Below, one piece after another: positions 21,426-31,815 of a DNA stretch of 64,000 nt (position 1 is its first letter; the number at the start of each line of letters is the position of its first letter). The position numbers and the translations under genes are program-made. Source of the DNA: an uncultured Actinomycetes bacterium (GTDB lineage: Bacteria; Actinomycetota; Thermoleophilia; Solirubrobacterales; Solirubrobacteraceae); contig CAVZDN010000001.1 in assembly GCA_963774115.1 (NCBI GenBank), positions 572,910-636,909 on the forward strand, given 5' to 3'. The notes beneath the pieces were generated by a model. That model saw nothing but the letters and a program-made list of their open reading frames with translations. It made no database searches and was not told the DNA's origin.

Positions 21426-21866
21426 CTATCGCGCCAGTCCGCAGACGTCCTTCGCGACCGTCCGCGCGAAGGCGACGACGGGACCCAGCTCGGGTCGCCG
21501 ACCTGCATCGACGTCGCTGAACGTCACGGTTCCCTCCTTGTAGCGGAGGCGGTAGCGGAGGAGGGCGTCGGGGCGACGTGGGAGGACGAGGTCTTCTTGG
21601 GCGTCCTCGGTGAGCGAGGTGGCGATGTGGCGGGCGTCGAGCAGGAGCGGGTCGGGGAGGCGCTGCTCGGGGCCGCCGTTGCAGCGGACGGTGCCGCCGT
21701 CGCCGACCAAGAGGGTGAGGTGGGCGCCGGGGAGCGTGCCGGTGCGGCTGAGGATGAAGAGGTCGGGGTAGGCGGCGCCGCAGCCGCCGAGGGCGAACGC
21801 TGCGGACAGCGCGCCGAGCAGCAGGAGCGCACGCGCGCACGCGCTGCGGTGGGGTCGACTGGCCAC
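21426..21866 (-). CDS. Putative lipoprotein
   Basis: Hydrophobic stretch ending in lipobox LGGC; start approximate. Confidence 0.65.
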   Translation of the reverse strand: MASRPHRSACARALLLLGALSAAFALGGCGAAYPDLFILSRTGTLPGAHLTLLVGDGGTVRCNGGPEQRLPDPLLLDARHIATSLTEDAQEDLVLPRRPDALLRYRLRYKEGTVTFSDVDAGRRPELGPVVAFARTVAKDVCGLAR

Positions 21867-21874
21867 GCCGCGCC

Positions 21875-23452
21875 TCACGCCACCACCGCCGCCCCGCCGC
21901 GCCGTGGATCGCCGCCGCCCGAAAAGACGCCGGTCGACGGATCGTGCTCGACGGCCTGCACACCCCCGAAGAAAAGATTCAGGCCGCGAAAGCGGGCGAT
22001 CGCGTGGCCGGCGGCCTCGAGGTGGTCGACGTCGAGGCCGGGCTCGGCGTAGACGACGCCGTCCTCGTAGTGCAGGCGCGGTGCTCGGACGGCCTCGTCG
22101 GCGCTCATGCCGTGATCGACGACGGCGACGATCGTCTGCAGGATCGCGGAGCGGATGCGGTTGGAGCCGGCGCTGCCGAGCACGAGCTCGGGGACGCCGT
22201 CCCGCAGCACGACGGTCGGGGCCATCATGCTCGGCAGGCGGCGGCCGGGCGGGAACGTGTGGAAGCCAAGCGGGTTGAGGTCCTGCTCGCCGAGCATGTT
22301 GTTGAGGTGGATGCCCGTTCCAGGCACGACGATCCCCGCTCCCTCGCCGTTGGAGCACGTGACGCTGCACGCGCCGCCAGAGCCGTCCAGCACCGCGATG
22401 TGCGTGGTCGAGCCGAGCCGCCCGGCGAGAAAGCGATCGAGGAAGCCGTCTTCGTCGAGACCGTCGAGGAACGAGGGCGTGCGCTCGCGCTGCGTCGCCT
22501 CCATCGTCGCGACGAGCACCTCCAGCGCGGGCGGAGCGGAGCCGGCCCCGCCGTCGGCACGCTCCAGCAGCCCGAGCGCGTAGGCGATAAGCGTGCCGCC
22601 GGCTGACGGCGGCGGGTTCGTCAGCACCTCGCGGCCGCGATAGGCGGCGCGCACCGGATCGCGCGCGACGACCTCGTAGGCGGCAAGGTCCGCGGCCGTC
22701 AGCAGCCCGCCTTGGTCCGCAAGCGCGGCGACGATCGCCGCCGCGACGTCGCCCTCGTAGAAGGGCCGCGCGCCCTCGGCTGCCAGCAGCTCCAGTGCGT
22801 CGGCCAGCTCGGGCTGGCGCACGCGCTCGCCCTCTTTCAGCAGCGTGCCGCCCGGCGCGTAGACGGCGGCGACCTCGGGCGTCAGCGTGACGATGCCGTC
22901 GAGGATCTCGACGACGTAGGCCTGCGGCTCGTTCAGCGGCACGCCCGCGCGAGCGTGCGCGACGGCAGGCGCCGCCAGCTCCGCCAGCGGCATGCGCCCG
23001 AAACGCTCGGCGGCCGCGCAGACACCGTGCGGCATCCCGTACGTGCCGACCGACGCCGCGCCGACGTTGAACATCTGCACCGCGTCGCCGAACGACACGT
23101 CGACGGGGACCAGCTCCGCGCGCGCCGCAGGATCAGTGCCGCGCCCCGGCACCTCCACGAAGAAGTCGAGCAGGACTGGCTCCCCGCCCACCCCGCCGCC
23201 GTCCGGCCACAGCGGCCCTCCGTCGCGACCCGGCACGACGAGCATGTAGCCGCCGGCACCCAGCCCGGTCAGCAGCGGCTCGGCGGCGAACGAGGTGAGC
23301 ATCGCCGCGAGCGCCGCGTCGACCGCGTTGCCGCCGGCGCGCAGCACGGCGGCACCGGCCTCGGCGCTCAGAGGATGCCCGGCAGCGACGACGCCGCGGG
23401 AACGTGGAGAGCCGGCTGACCCGGCCGCGAGAGAGCTCACGGCCGGGAGCAT
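21875..23452 (-). CDS. ggt: Gamma-glutamyltransferase
   Basis: GGNAVDAA, NPPPSAGG, STTH nucleophile, LNNMLG, PSMMAP, DPRRGG. Confidence 0.92.
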   Translation of the reverse strand: MLPAVSSLAAGSAGSPRSRGVVAAGHPLSAEAGAAVLRAGGNAVDAALAAMLTSFAAEPLLTGLGAGGYMLVVPGRDGGPLWPDGGGVGGEPVLLDFFVEVPGRGTDPAARAELVPVDVSFGDAVQMFNVGAASVGTYGMPHGVCAAAERFGRMPLAELAAPAVAHARAGVPLNEPQAYVVEILDGIVTLTPEVAAVYAPGGTLLKEGERVRQPELADALELLAAEGARPFYEGDVAAAIVAALADQGGLLTAADLAAYEVVARDPVRAAYRGREVLTNPPPSAGGTLIAYALGLLERADGGAGSAPPALEVLVATMEATQRERTPSFLDGLDEDGFLDRFLAGRLGSTTHIAVLDGSGGACSVTCSNGEGAGIVVPGTGIHLNNMLGEQDLNPLGFHTFPPGRRLPSMMAPTVVLRDGVPELVLGSAGSNRIRSAILQTIVAVVDHGMSADEAVRAPRLHYEDGVVYAEPGLDVDHLEAAGHAIARFRGLNLFFGGVQAVEHDPSTGVFSGGGDPRRGGAAVVA

Positions 23453-23463
23453 GCCATCAAGCG

Positions 23464-24894
23464 CTACCTGTGCGGGATGAACTCGGGCACGTCGAGCTCC
23501 GAGTGCCGCGCGCCGATCGGCCGCGACGTCGGAGCGGTGCGTGCGATGCGCGGCTCGCCGGCAGGCTCGCGCAGCATCATGCCGCCGGGCTCGCGGGCGG
23601 CACGCGGCGGACGCCGCTCGCCGTAGCCGGTCGCCACGACGGTGACCCACACCTGGTCGTCGAGCTTGTCGTCGACCATCGCGCCGAAGATGATGTTCGC
23701 GTCCGGGTGCGCCGCCTCGGAGACCGCCTTCGCGGCCTCGTTGACCTCCCACAGCGAGAGGTCGCGGCCGCCGGTGATCGACAGCAGGATCGAGCGGGCG
23801 CCCTCCATCGACGTCTCCAGCAGCGGGGACGCCACGGCCTGCTCGGCCGCGTCGATCGCCCGGCGGTCGCCGGTGCCCATGCCGATGCCAAGCAGCGCGT
23901 TGCCGGCCTCCGACATGATCGTGCGCACGTCGGCGAAGTCGAGGTTGATCAACCCCGGCAGCGTGACGAGGTCGGAGATGCCCTGGACGCCTTGGCGCAG
24001 CACGTCGTCGGCGACGCGGAAGGCGTCGACCATCGCGGTGCCGCGGTCGAGTACGGACAGCAGGCGGTCGTTCGGGACGACGATCAGCGTGTCGACCTCG
24101 GCCGCCAGCGCCTCGACGCCCTCGTCCGCCTGACCCTTGCGGCGCGAGCCCTCAAAGCCGAACGGCTTCGTGACAATGCCGACGGTCAGCGCGCCGACCT
24201 CGCGGGCGATGCGCGCCACGACAGGCGCCGCGCCCGTACCGGTGCCGCCACCGGCGCCGGCCGTGATGAAGATCATGTCCGAGCCCTTGAGCAGCGACTT
24301 GAGGCGGTCGTACTCCTCCATCGCCGCCTTGCGGCCGATCAGCGGATCGGAGCCGGAGCCGAGGCCGCGTGTCAGGCCCTCGCCGATCGACACGGTCAGG
24401 TGCGCCGCGGACTGCTGCAGCGACTGCTGGTCGGTATTAACGGCGATGAACTCGACGCCCGCGACCTCCGCCTCGATCATGCGGTTCACGGCGTTGACGC
24501 CGGCACCGCCGACGCCGACGACGCGCAGCACCGGGCCGAGCCCGTTGGGACGGCGCGTGGCGTGCTCGTCATCCTCGTAGACGCTGCGGCGCGGTGCGGG
24601 AATCGGATCGAGAATGTTCTCCGGGATGTCGGAGGAGAAAGCCTGGCGCAGACGCTCCTGCGGCGAAGGCACCGCCGGCTCGGCCTCGACCGGCGCAGCG
24701 GTCTGGGCAGCGTCAAGCGAGGGGTGCGGCACGCCGCTCTCGCGCGGGTGACGCGGCGCAGGGGCAGCCGGCGCCTCAGGCGCAGCGGCGTCCGCGGCGG
24801 GAGCGTCTGTCGTCTCCAAGCCGTCCTCGTCCGTCTTGCGGAAGAGGGCCGCGAGCGGACCCTCCCTCATGCTCGCACGCTTACCGCTTGCCAT
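23464..24894 (-). CDS. ftsZ: Cell division protein FtsZ with about 120-aa N-terminal extension
   Basis: [31 protein letters not shown]-terminal LDVPEF peptide. Confidence 0.95.
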   Translation of the reverse strand: MASGKRASMREGPLAALFRKTDEDGLETTDAPAADAAAPEAPAAPAPRHPRESGVPHPSLDAAQTAAPVEAEPAVPSPQERLRQAFSSDIPENILDPIPAPRRSVYEDDEHATRRPNGLGPVLRVVGVGGAGVNAVNRMIEAEVAGVEFIAVNTDQQSLQQSAAHLTVSIGEGLTRGLGSGSDPLIGRKAAMEEYDRLKSLLKGSDMIFITAGAGGGTGTGAAPVVARIAREVGALTVGIVTKPFGFEGSRRKGQADEGVEALAAEVDTLIVVPNDRLLSVLDRGTAMVDAFRVADDVLRQGVQGISDLVTLPGLINLDFADVRTIMSEAGNALLGIGMGTGDRRAIDAAEQAVASPLLETSMEGARSILLSITGGRDLSLWEVNEAAKAVSEAAHPDANIIFGAMVDDKLDDQVWVTVVATGYGERRPPRAAREPGGMMLREPAGEPRIARTAPTSRPIGARHSELDVPEFIPHR

Positions 24895-25648
24895 TGCCGA
24901 GGACCTCCTTCGCCAACGCCCGATAGGAATGGGCCGCAACGCCGTCGGGCTCGTACTTCAGCACCGACATGCCCTTGACGGGAGCCTCTGCGAAACGAAC
25001 CGTCTTGCGGATCCGCGACGCGAACACGCGGTCGCCGAAGTTCTCCTCGAGGATCTCGATCGCCTCCTTGGCGTGGAGCGTCCGCGTGTCGAACAGCGTG
25101 GGCAGGATGCCCTCGATCTCGACGTCGGGATTCAGGTTCTCGCGGATCATCGACAACGTGTTCTGGAGCTGAATGAGGCCCCGCATCGACAGATACTCGC
25201 ATTGCACGGGGACGATCACCTTGTGCGCCGCCGTCAGCGCGTTGATCGTCAGCAGCCCGAGGCTCGGCGGGGTGTCGATGAAGATGAAGTCGTAGTCCTC
25301 CTCGATCGCCTTGAACGCCTTCTGCAAGGAGCGCTCGCGGCCGATCTGGGCAGCCATCGCGATCTCCGCGCCGGCGAGGTCGATCGAGGAGCAGGCGACG
25401 TCGATCTCGCGCTTGCGGATCGCCTCGCGGATCGAGGTGTGGTGGACGAGCACGTCGTACATCGACGTCTCGACCGTGTCGGGGTCGATCCCCTGCGACA
25501 TCGTCAGGTTGCCCTGGGGGTCCATGTCGCAGCAGAGCACGCGGTGGCCCTCCTCGGCAAAGGCCACGGCGAGGTTCAGGGTGGTGGTGGTCTTGGCGAC
25601 GCCGCCCTTCTGGTTCGCGAAGGCGATCACCTTGGCCTTGGCGCTCAC
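24881..25648 (-). CDS. ParA/Soj family ATPase
   Basis: [37 protein letters not shown]. Confidence 0.95.
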   Translation of the reverse strand: MSAKAKVIAFANQKGGVAKTTTTLNLAVAFAEEGHRVLCCDMDPQGNLTMSQGIDPDTVETSMYDVLVHHTSIREAIRKREIDVACSSIDLAGAEIAMAAQIGRERSLQKAFKAIEEDYDFIFIDTPPSLGLLTINALTAAHKVIVPVQCEYLSMRGLIQLQNTLSMIRENLNPDVEIEGILPTLFDTRTLHAKEAIEILEENFGDRVFASRIRKTVRFAEAPVKGMSVLKYEPDGVAAHSYRALAKEVLGNGKR

Positions 25649-25742
25649 AGCAGTCTCCGATGCGGTGGGGAACCCATACGCGGGGGTATTCGCAGTCGTG
25701 ACGGGGATTCCTCCTCTGCGCGGTGGCTAGTGTCCCGCCCGC

Positions 25743-26678
25743 GTGCCCGGTCTGTCCGACAAACGGCTGCTGTTCATCACCGGCAAGGGCGGCGTCGGCA
25801 AGACGACGGTGGCGATCGCGCTCGGGATCGCGGCAGCCCGGCGGGGTCTGCGCACGATCGTCGCCGAGCTCAGCGGGCAGGACCGCGTGGCGACCTCGTT
25901 CGGCGTCGGCGGCGCCGCCAGGCCAGGCCAGGAGGTCGAGGTCGCTGAGAAGCTCTTCGCGATCTCGGTCGATGCGAACGTCGCGATTGAGGAGTACCTG
26001 CACGAGCGCGCCGGCCTGATCGGCGACCGCCTTGCCGGCGCGGGCGCATTTCGCGCGTTCGCCGCCGCAACGCCGGGGATGCGCGAGCTGGTGAGCATCG
26101 GGAAGGTCTGGGAGCTGGCGCAGGATGAGCGCCGCGTGCCGGACGGGCGTCCCTTCGACCTCGTGATCGTCGACGCGCCGGCGTCCGGCCACGGCCTCGG
26201 GGCGCTGCGTACGCCGAGCACGTTCGCCGAGATCGCACGCGTCGGCCCGATCGCCCATCAGGGACGCACGATCGACGCGACGCTGCGTGACCCGGCGCAG
26301 ACCGGCGTCGTCGCCGTCGCGCTGCCGGAGGAGATGCCGGTGACGGAGACGCTTGCGCTGCAGAGCGCGCTCGCCGAGGAGATGGGGATCGAACTGGCGG
26401 CGCTGATCGCCAACGCGGTGGTCCCGGACCGCCTGGGGCCGCGGCAGGCGCGCACGGTCGCGGACGGGCTCGGGCGCGACAGCATCTCCCCCGCCGTCCA
26501 CGCCGCCCTGCGCGCCGCGCTCTCCGAGCACGCCCGCGCCGCGACGCAGCGCGAGCAGCTCGCACGCCTCGCAGAGGGCACGGGGTGCGAGCCGCACCGC
26601 CTCCCCTACGTCGTCGCGTCCGCCATCGACCGCGCAGCGCTCGACGCGCTCGCCGACGAGCTGGAGCCGCTGTTGTGA
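25743..26678 (+). CDS. ArsA/GET3-family ATPase (Rv3679-like)
   Basis: TGKGGVGKTT, PGMREL, DAPASG, PEEMPVTET. Confidence 0.9.
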   Translation: MPGLSDKRLLFITGKGGVGKTTVAIALGIAAARRGLRTIVAELSGQDRVATSFGVGGAARPGQEVEVAEKLFAISVDANVAIEEYLHERAGLIGDRLAGAGAFRAFAAATPGMRELVSIGKVWELAQDERRVPDGRPFDLVIVDAPASGHGLGALRTPSTFAEIARVGPIAHQGRTIDATLRDPAQTGVVAVALPEEMPVTETLALQSALAEEMGIELAALIANAVVPDRLGPRQARTVADGLGRDSISPAVHAALRAALSEHARAATQREQLARLAEGTGCEPHRLPYVVASAIDRAALDALADELEPLL

Positions 26679-27784
26679 CCGTCGCGGAGCTGATCGCGGA
26701 CCGGAGCGTCTGCGTCGTCGGCGGGTCCGGCGGCGTCGGCAAGACGACGACGTCCGCAGCCGTAGCGATGGGGATAGCGGCAGGCGGCGCGAAGGTCGCG
26801 GTCGTGACGATCGACCCCGCGCGGCGGCTCGCCGAGGCGCTCGGGCTCGACGACCTGGGCAACGAGCCGCAGCTCGTCGCGCCCGCACTGTTCGCCGAGG
26901 CCGGCCTGCCGCTCGCCGGTGAGCTGTGGGCAATGACGCTCGACCCCAAGCGCACGTTCGACGACCTGATCGCGCGGCTCGCACCGGATGCCGGCACGCG
27001 CGATCAGATCCTCGCCAACCGCATCTACCGCGAGCTGTCGGGCGCGATCGCAGGCGCCCAGGAGTTCACGGCCGTCGCGAAGCTGCAGGAACTGGCGCAG
27101 TCGGGCGACTTCGACCTGATCGTGCTCGACACACCGCCGTCGCGCAACGCACTGGACTTCCTTGACGCGCCAGAGCGCCTGACACGCTTCCTCGAAGGCC
27201 GCGCGCTGCGCTCGCTGCTGCGACCGGCGGGGCTCGGGATGCGCGTGCTGGGCCGCGGCGCCGGGTTGGTGCTCGGGTTGCTGCGCCGCGTTACCGGCAC
27301 TGATCTGCTCACCGACCTGTCCGACTTCTTCCGCCTGCTCGGCGGCTTGCTCGGCGGCTTCGAGCAGCGCGCCGCGCAGGTCGAAGCGCTGCTGCGCGCG
27401 CCGACGACGACGTTCCTGCTCGTCACCTCCCCCGAGCGCGAACCGATCGACGAGGCCGTCTACTTCCAGCAGCGCCTCGCCGAGGCCGGCATGTCGCTCG
27501 CCGGCGCGATCGTCAACCGCGTCCACGCCGATGAGCTGGGCGACACCGATGTCACCGTCCTGCCCGAGCTGCTCGTCGCCGAGGCCGGCCTGTCTGCCGC
27601 GCTCGCACGGCAGGTCGCCGCGGCCTTCGCCGACGAGCATGCGCTCGCTCGGCGCGACGCCGCGAACGTCGCACATCTCGCCGAGCAGCTTGGCGACAGG
27701 CTGCCGCTGCTGCTCGTGCCGCTGCTCGACGGAGATGTGCACGACGTGGCTGGGCTGGTCGCCTTGCACCGCCATCTGTCCTAA
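26675..27784 (+). CDS. ArsA/GET3-family ATPase (Rv3680-like)
   Basis: GSGGVGKTT, TIDPARRLA, DTPPSRNALDFLDAP. Confidence 0.9.
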   Translation: MTVAELIADRSVCVVGGSGGVGKTTTSAAVAMGIAAGGAKVAVVTIDPARRLAEALGLDDLGNEPQLVAPALFAEAGLPLAGELWAMTLDPKRTFDDLIARLAPDAGTRDQILANRIYRELSGAIAGAQEFTAVAKLQELAQSGDFDLIVLDTPPSRNALDFLDAPERLTRFLEGRALRSLLRPAGLGMRVLGRGAGLVLGLLRRVTGTDLLTDLSDFFRLLGGLLGGFEQRAAQVEALLRAPTTTFLLVTSPEREPIDEAVYFQQRLAEAGMSLAGAIVNRVHADELGDTDVTVLPELLVAEAGLSAALARQVAAAFADEHALARRDAANVAHLAEQLGDRLPLLLVPLLDGDVHDVAGLVALHRHLS

Positions 27785-27797
27785 CCGTGACGGCCGC

Positions 27798-28973
27798 TCA
27801 GCCTCGCGGGTCCTGTGCCGGCGGCGGCACGCGCAGCGAGCGCTTGGCCGGGTAGCGGCGCGAGCCGAACGTCGTGACGGCCTTCACGCGCAGCCACCCG
27901 CCTCGCGTCGCGATGCTCGTACGTGCGGTCCGCACGAGCCGCAGCCGCACGAGCTTGCGCTTGCCGGACGCGACGCGCACGCGCTTCGCGGTCGCGGCCG
28001 TGCGGGTGCCGAGCCGCGCTGAGACGTTCGTCGCGCAGGTGACCGGCGACCGCCGGGGGCAGACGATCCACACGCGCGCGATGGTGTGCGCGCGGTTCAG
28101 CCGCACACCGGCGATGACCGCGCGATCGGCGCCCGTCGCGGCCCGCTTCGCGGACGTGCCGCCCGCTCCCGCGGCGCTCGACTGGTCGATCGCGTTCGCC
28201 GTGCGGATGATCGTCGTGCGTGTCGACGGGGCGACCCCCGACGTGTTCGCGATCGACCGCAGCAGCGACGTCAGCTGGTCGGCCATGAGCGAGTCCAGCG
28301 GCCCAGACGTCTCGCCGATCGTGCCGGCAAGCTGGTCGACGAGCTCTCCCAGTGGAGCCGGCAGGTCCTCGGTCGACGCCACCTGGTCGAGCAGAGACAC
28401 GAGCGGCGCGAGCGTCTCGCCGGTCGCGGCAGCGCCGTCACCCAGCGCCTCCAGCACGCCCTCGACGTCCGCCACGACGCCGGGATCGAGCGTGAGCCGA
28501 TCGAGCGGGAGCCCTGGGACCTGCGCCGACCCGAGTGCGTCGCCGAGGTCGTCCAGCAACGACGCGGACGCCGGCGGCAGGTCCTCGACGTCGGCGAGGC
28601 CGTGCAGCAGCGTGGCGACCGGAGCGAGCAGCGCGGGCTGCACGCGGGTGCCGTCGCCCAGCAGCGCCGCGACGTCCTCGATCAGCGCTTTCGTATCCGG
28701 CGACAGCCCGGGCGCCGCAGCGACATGCTCCAGCAGCGCGCGCAGCTGATCGAAGGCGTCCTCCTGCTGCCCGTCGCCCAGCAGGGTGAGGATCGGCCGC
28801 AGCTCCTGCGTGCCCAGCTCGCGGCTGAGCAGCGTGCCGAGATCGCCAACCTGCACCTGCACGACCGGATCGGCCGCAGACCGCGCGTCGCCGCCGTCCG
28901 CCGCGCCGGCGCTCGCGGTGCTTGCCAGGATGACGGCGAGCGCGCCGCCAACCGCCTTGGGAGACCGTCTCAT
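27798..28973 (-). CDS. Secreted protein with acidic helical repeats and a basic C-terminal domain
   Basis: Signal peptide MRRSPKAVGGALAVILASTASAGA; repeated LL..VA...L units; Arg-rich two-Cys C-terminus. Confidence 0.75.
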   Translation of the reverse strand: MRRSPKAVGGALAVILASTASAGAADGGDARSAADPVVQVQVGDLGTLLSRELGTQELRPILTLLGDGQQEDAFDQLRALLEHVAAAPGLSPDTKALIEDVAALLGDGTRVQPALLAPVATLLHGLADVEDLPPASASLLDDLGDALGSAQVPGLPLDRLTLDPGVVADVEGVLEALGDGAAATGETLAPLVSLLDQVASTEDLPAPLGELVDQLAGTIGETSGPLDSLMADQLTSLLRSIANTSGVAPSTRTTIIRTANAIDQSSAAGAGGTSAKRAATGADRAVIAGVRLNRAHTIARVWIVCPRRSPVTCATNVSARLGTRTAATAKRVRVASGKRKLVRLRLVRTARTSIATRGGWLRVKAVTTFGSRRYPAKRSLRVPPPAQDPRG

Positions 28974-29325
28974 GGTGGGCTCCTTCCCACTGGGATGGCC
29001 GATGGCCGAGACGGCCGCCGGCCGGTGCACCCCTGCACCGTGGCCCCAGCCGTTCCCCGGACCGGGCAGGTCGCAGTCGAGCTGGTGGACCGTGCACAGC
29101 TTTCCGCTCCTACAGCGCACATTCACTGCGCCGCGCGGCGGACGCTCGTTCGAGTGGCACCGCTGGTGCGCACACGCCCGGCCGCGGCGTGCGCGCACCG
29201 TTGCGGCGTGACCGCCCCGCTGCGATCCTCGGCGCATCGCCACGACCGAGCAGCCGTCGTCCCAACCCACCTCTCCCCCAACGCCCGCCGAGCGCGCGGC
29301 CAGGGGCCGGGCCGCACGCGCGGAA

Positions 29326-30660
29326 GTGCCACGCTCCTCACACGCCGAGTGGGTGAGGCCACCGGACCGGCCCGATCCGATCGAGCTGCTGGAGGCGCAG
29401 GCAACGAGCCGCGTGCCGGAGCTGGTTCCGATCCGCTACGGCCGCATGGCCACCTCGCCGTTCGCCTTCTTCCGCGGATCCGCCGCGGTGATGGCGTCCG
29501 ACCTCGCCGGCAGCCCGGTGTCCGGCATCCGCGCGCAGCTCTGCGGCGACGCCCACCTCGCGAACTTCGGCGGCTTCGCCTCCCCCGAGCGCGATCTGGT
29601 GTTCGACCTCAACGACTTCGACGAGACGCTGACCGGTCCGTGGGAGTGGGACGTCAAGCGCCTGACGGCGAGCATCGCGGTGGCGGCACTGGAGCGCGGC
29701 TTTCCCGAGCGCGAGCGACGAGCGACGGTGCGTGGCGCGGCCGCCCAGTATCGCGAGGCGATACGCCGCTTCGCCGGGATGACGATGCTGGACGTCTGGT
29801 ACGCGCGCCTCGACGAGAGCGAGCTGTCGGGCCTCTTCCGCGAGCAGGCGACCGCGCGCCAGCTCAAGCGCTTCGACAAGACGGTCGCCAAGGCCCGCCG
29901 CAAAGACAGCACCCGCGCGTACGCGAAGCTCGCTCGGCGCGTGAACGGCCGCCCGCGGATCGCGAGCGACCCGCCGCTGATCGTCCCGATCGACGAGCTG
30001 CTGCCCGACGCGCAGGCGCACGAGCTTGCCGAGCGCCTGCGGGAGCTGATCGCCTCCTACGGCGAGACGCTGCCCGCCGATCGCCGCCACCTGCTGGAGC
30101 GCTTCTCCTACGCGGACATCGCGCGCAAGGTCGTCGGCGTCGGCAGCGTCGGCACGCGCGCCTGGATCGTGCTGATGCTCGGCCGCGACGAGCAGGACCC
30201 GCTGTTCCTCCAGTGCAAGGAGGCGCAGCCCTCCGTCCTGGAGCCGTTCGCCGGCGCGAGCGAGTGCGCCAACCACGGGCAGCGCGTCGTCGAGGGCCAG
30301 CGCCTGATGCAGGCGGCGAGCGACATCTTCCTCGGCTGGGTGCGCACGACCGGCATCGACGGCGAGCAGCGCGACTTCTACGTGCGCCAGCTGTGGGACT
30401 GGAAGACCTCCGCCGACCTGGAGACGATCGAGCCGGGGCCGATGGCGATCTACGCGCGCCTCTGCGCCTGGACGCTCGCACGCGCCCACGCGCGCTCCGG
30501 CGACGCGATCGCAATCGGCGCCTACCTCGGCTCCGGCGACGCCTTCGACCGCGCGATCGAGGCGTACGCCGAGCTCTGCGCCGAGCAGAACGAGCGCGAC
30601 CACGAGGCGCTGCTGACCGCGATCGACTCCGGCCGCATCGTCGCCCAGACCGGCGTCTGA
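29326..30660 (+). CDS. DUF2252 family protein (true start may be slightly upstream)
   Basis: IRYGRM, SPFAFFRG, GDAHLANFG, NDFDE, KVVGVGSVG, ARAHARSG. Confidence 0.9.
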   Translation: MPRSSHAEWVRPPDRPDPIELLEAQATSRVPELVPIRYGRMATSPFAFFRGSAAVMASDLAGSPVSGIRAQLCGDAHLANFGGFASPERDLVFDLNDFDETLTGPWEWDVKRLTASIAVAALERGFPERERRATVRGAAAQYREAIRRFAGMTMLDVWYARLDESELSGLFREQATARQLKRFDKTVAKARRKDSTRAYAKLARRVNGRPRIASDPPLIVPIDELLPDAQAHELAERLRELIASYGETLPADRRHLLERFSYADIARKVVGVGSVGTRAWIVLMLGRDEQDPLFLQCKEAQPSVLEPFAGASECANHGQRVVEGQRLMQAASDIFLGWVRTTGIDGEQRDFYVRQLWDWKTSADLETIEPGPMAIYARLCAWTLARAHARSGDAIAIGAYLGSGDAFDRAIEAYAELCAEQNERDHEALLTAIDSGRIVAQTGV

Positions 30661-30690
30661 ACTAGACGGTCCACGTAATCTGCCGGAGCG

Positions 30691-31815
30691 ATGGACGTCG
30701 ACTTCGCCGCCGAGGGTTTGCTGGACGGGATCGAGGACGAGCGGGCGCGCGCCGACCGCGTCGCGCTGATCGAGGAGCTGATCGCCGACGGCGTGTCGCT
30801 GGACGAGCTGAAGCGCGCGGTCGCAGAGGATCGCCTGGTGCTGCTGCAGGTCGAGCGCGCGCTCGGCACGGGGCGCTACAGCGCGCGCGAGGTCGCCGAG
30901 CGCGCCGAGGTGCCGGTCGAGCTGGTGCTGCGCCACCGCCAGGCGCTCGGCCTGCCGACCCCGGACCTCGACGAGCGCGGCTTCGGCGACGAGGACGTCG
31001 ACGCGGTGCTGCGCCTCAAGGCGTTCGTCGCGGCCGGCCTGCCCGAGGAGGGGATCTTGGAGGTCACGCGCGTGCTCGGCGAGGGGCTCGCGCGCGTGGC
31101 GGCGACGGTACGCCCGCTCGTCGGCGACGCCTTTCTGCGCCCTGGCGACAGCGAGCGCGAGTTGAGCGCCCGCTACGCGGCGGTGACCGAGCAGCTCGGG
31201 CCGCAGCTCGGCGCGGTAATGCAGCGGGTCCTCAACATGCATCTGCGCGAGCAGGTCCGCAGCACCGCGATCGGCGCCGCCGAGCTGGCGTCAGGGCGGC
31301 TCGCCGGCGGCACGCGCATGACGATCGCGTTCGCCGACCTCGTCGGCTTCACGAAGCTCGGCGAGCGCGTCCCCGCCGAGGAGCTGGGCGCGGTCGCCGG
31401 GCGGCTCTCGGCCCTCGCGACCGATGTCGCGCGGCCCCCGGTGCGGCTCGTGAAGACGATCGGTGACGCCGCGATGCTCGTCGCCCCCGACCCCGATTCG
31501 CTGATCGATGCGGCGCTGGAGCTGATCGACGCCGCCGACGCCGAGGGCGAGGAGTTCCCGCGGCTGCGCGCCGGGATCGCGACCGGGGAGGTGCTCGGCC
31601 ATGCCGGCGACTGGTACGGCAGCCCGGTGAACCTGGCCAGCCGCATCACCTCGATCGCCCGCCCCGCCAGCGTCGTGACGAACGTTGCCACACGCGAGGC
31701 AGCGGACGGTGAGCGCTGGAGATGGTCCTCGCTGCCGGCCCGCCGGATCAAGGGCGTCGAAGGGCCGGTGCCGCTGTTCCGGGTGCGGCCGCTCGCGGCG
31801 GCGAGCGACTCCTAG
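30691..31815 (+). CDS. Class III adenylate cyclase with N-terminal regulatory domain (Rv1264-like)
   Basis: FADLVGFT, KTIGDA, DWYGSPVNLASR. Confidence 0.9.
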   Translation: MDVDFAAEGLLDGIEDERARADRVALIEELIADGVSLDELKRAVAEDRLVLLQVERALGTGRYSAREVAERAEVPVELVLRHRQALGLPTPDLDERGFGDEDVDAVLRLKAFVAAGLPEEGILEVTRVLGEGLARVAATVRPLVGDAFLRPGDSERELSARYAAVTEQLGPQLGAVMQRVLNMHLREQVRSTAIGAAELASGRLAGGTRMTIAFADLVGFTKLGERVPAEELGAVAGRLSALATDVARPPVRLVKTIGDAAMLVAPDPDSLIDAALELIDAADAEGEEFPRLRAGIATGEVLGHAGDWYGSPVNLASRITSIARPASVVTNVATREAADGERWRWSSLPARRIKGVEGPVPLFRVRPLAAASDS

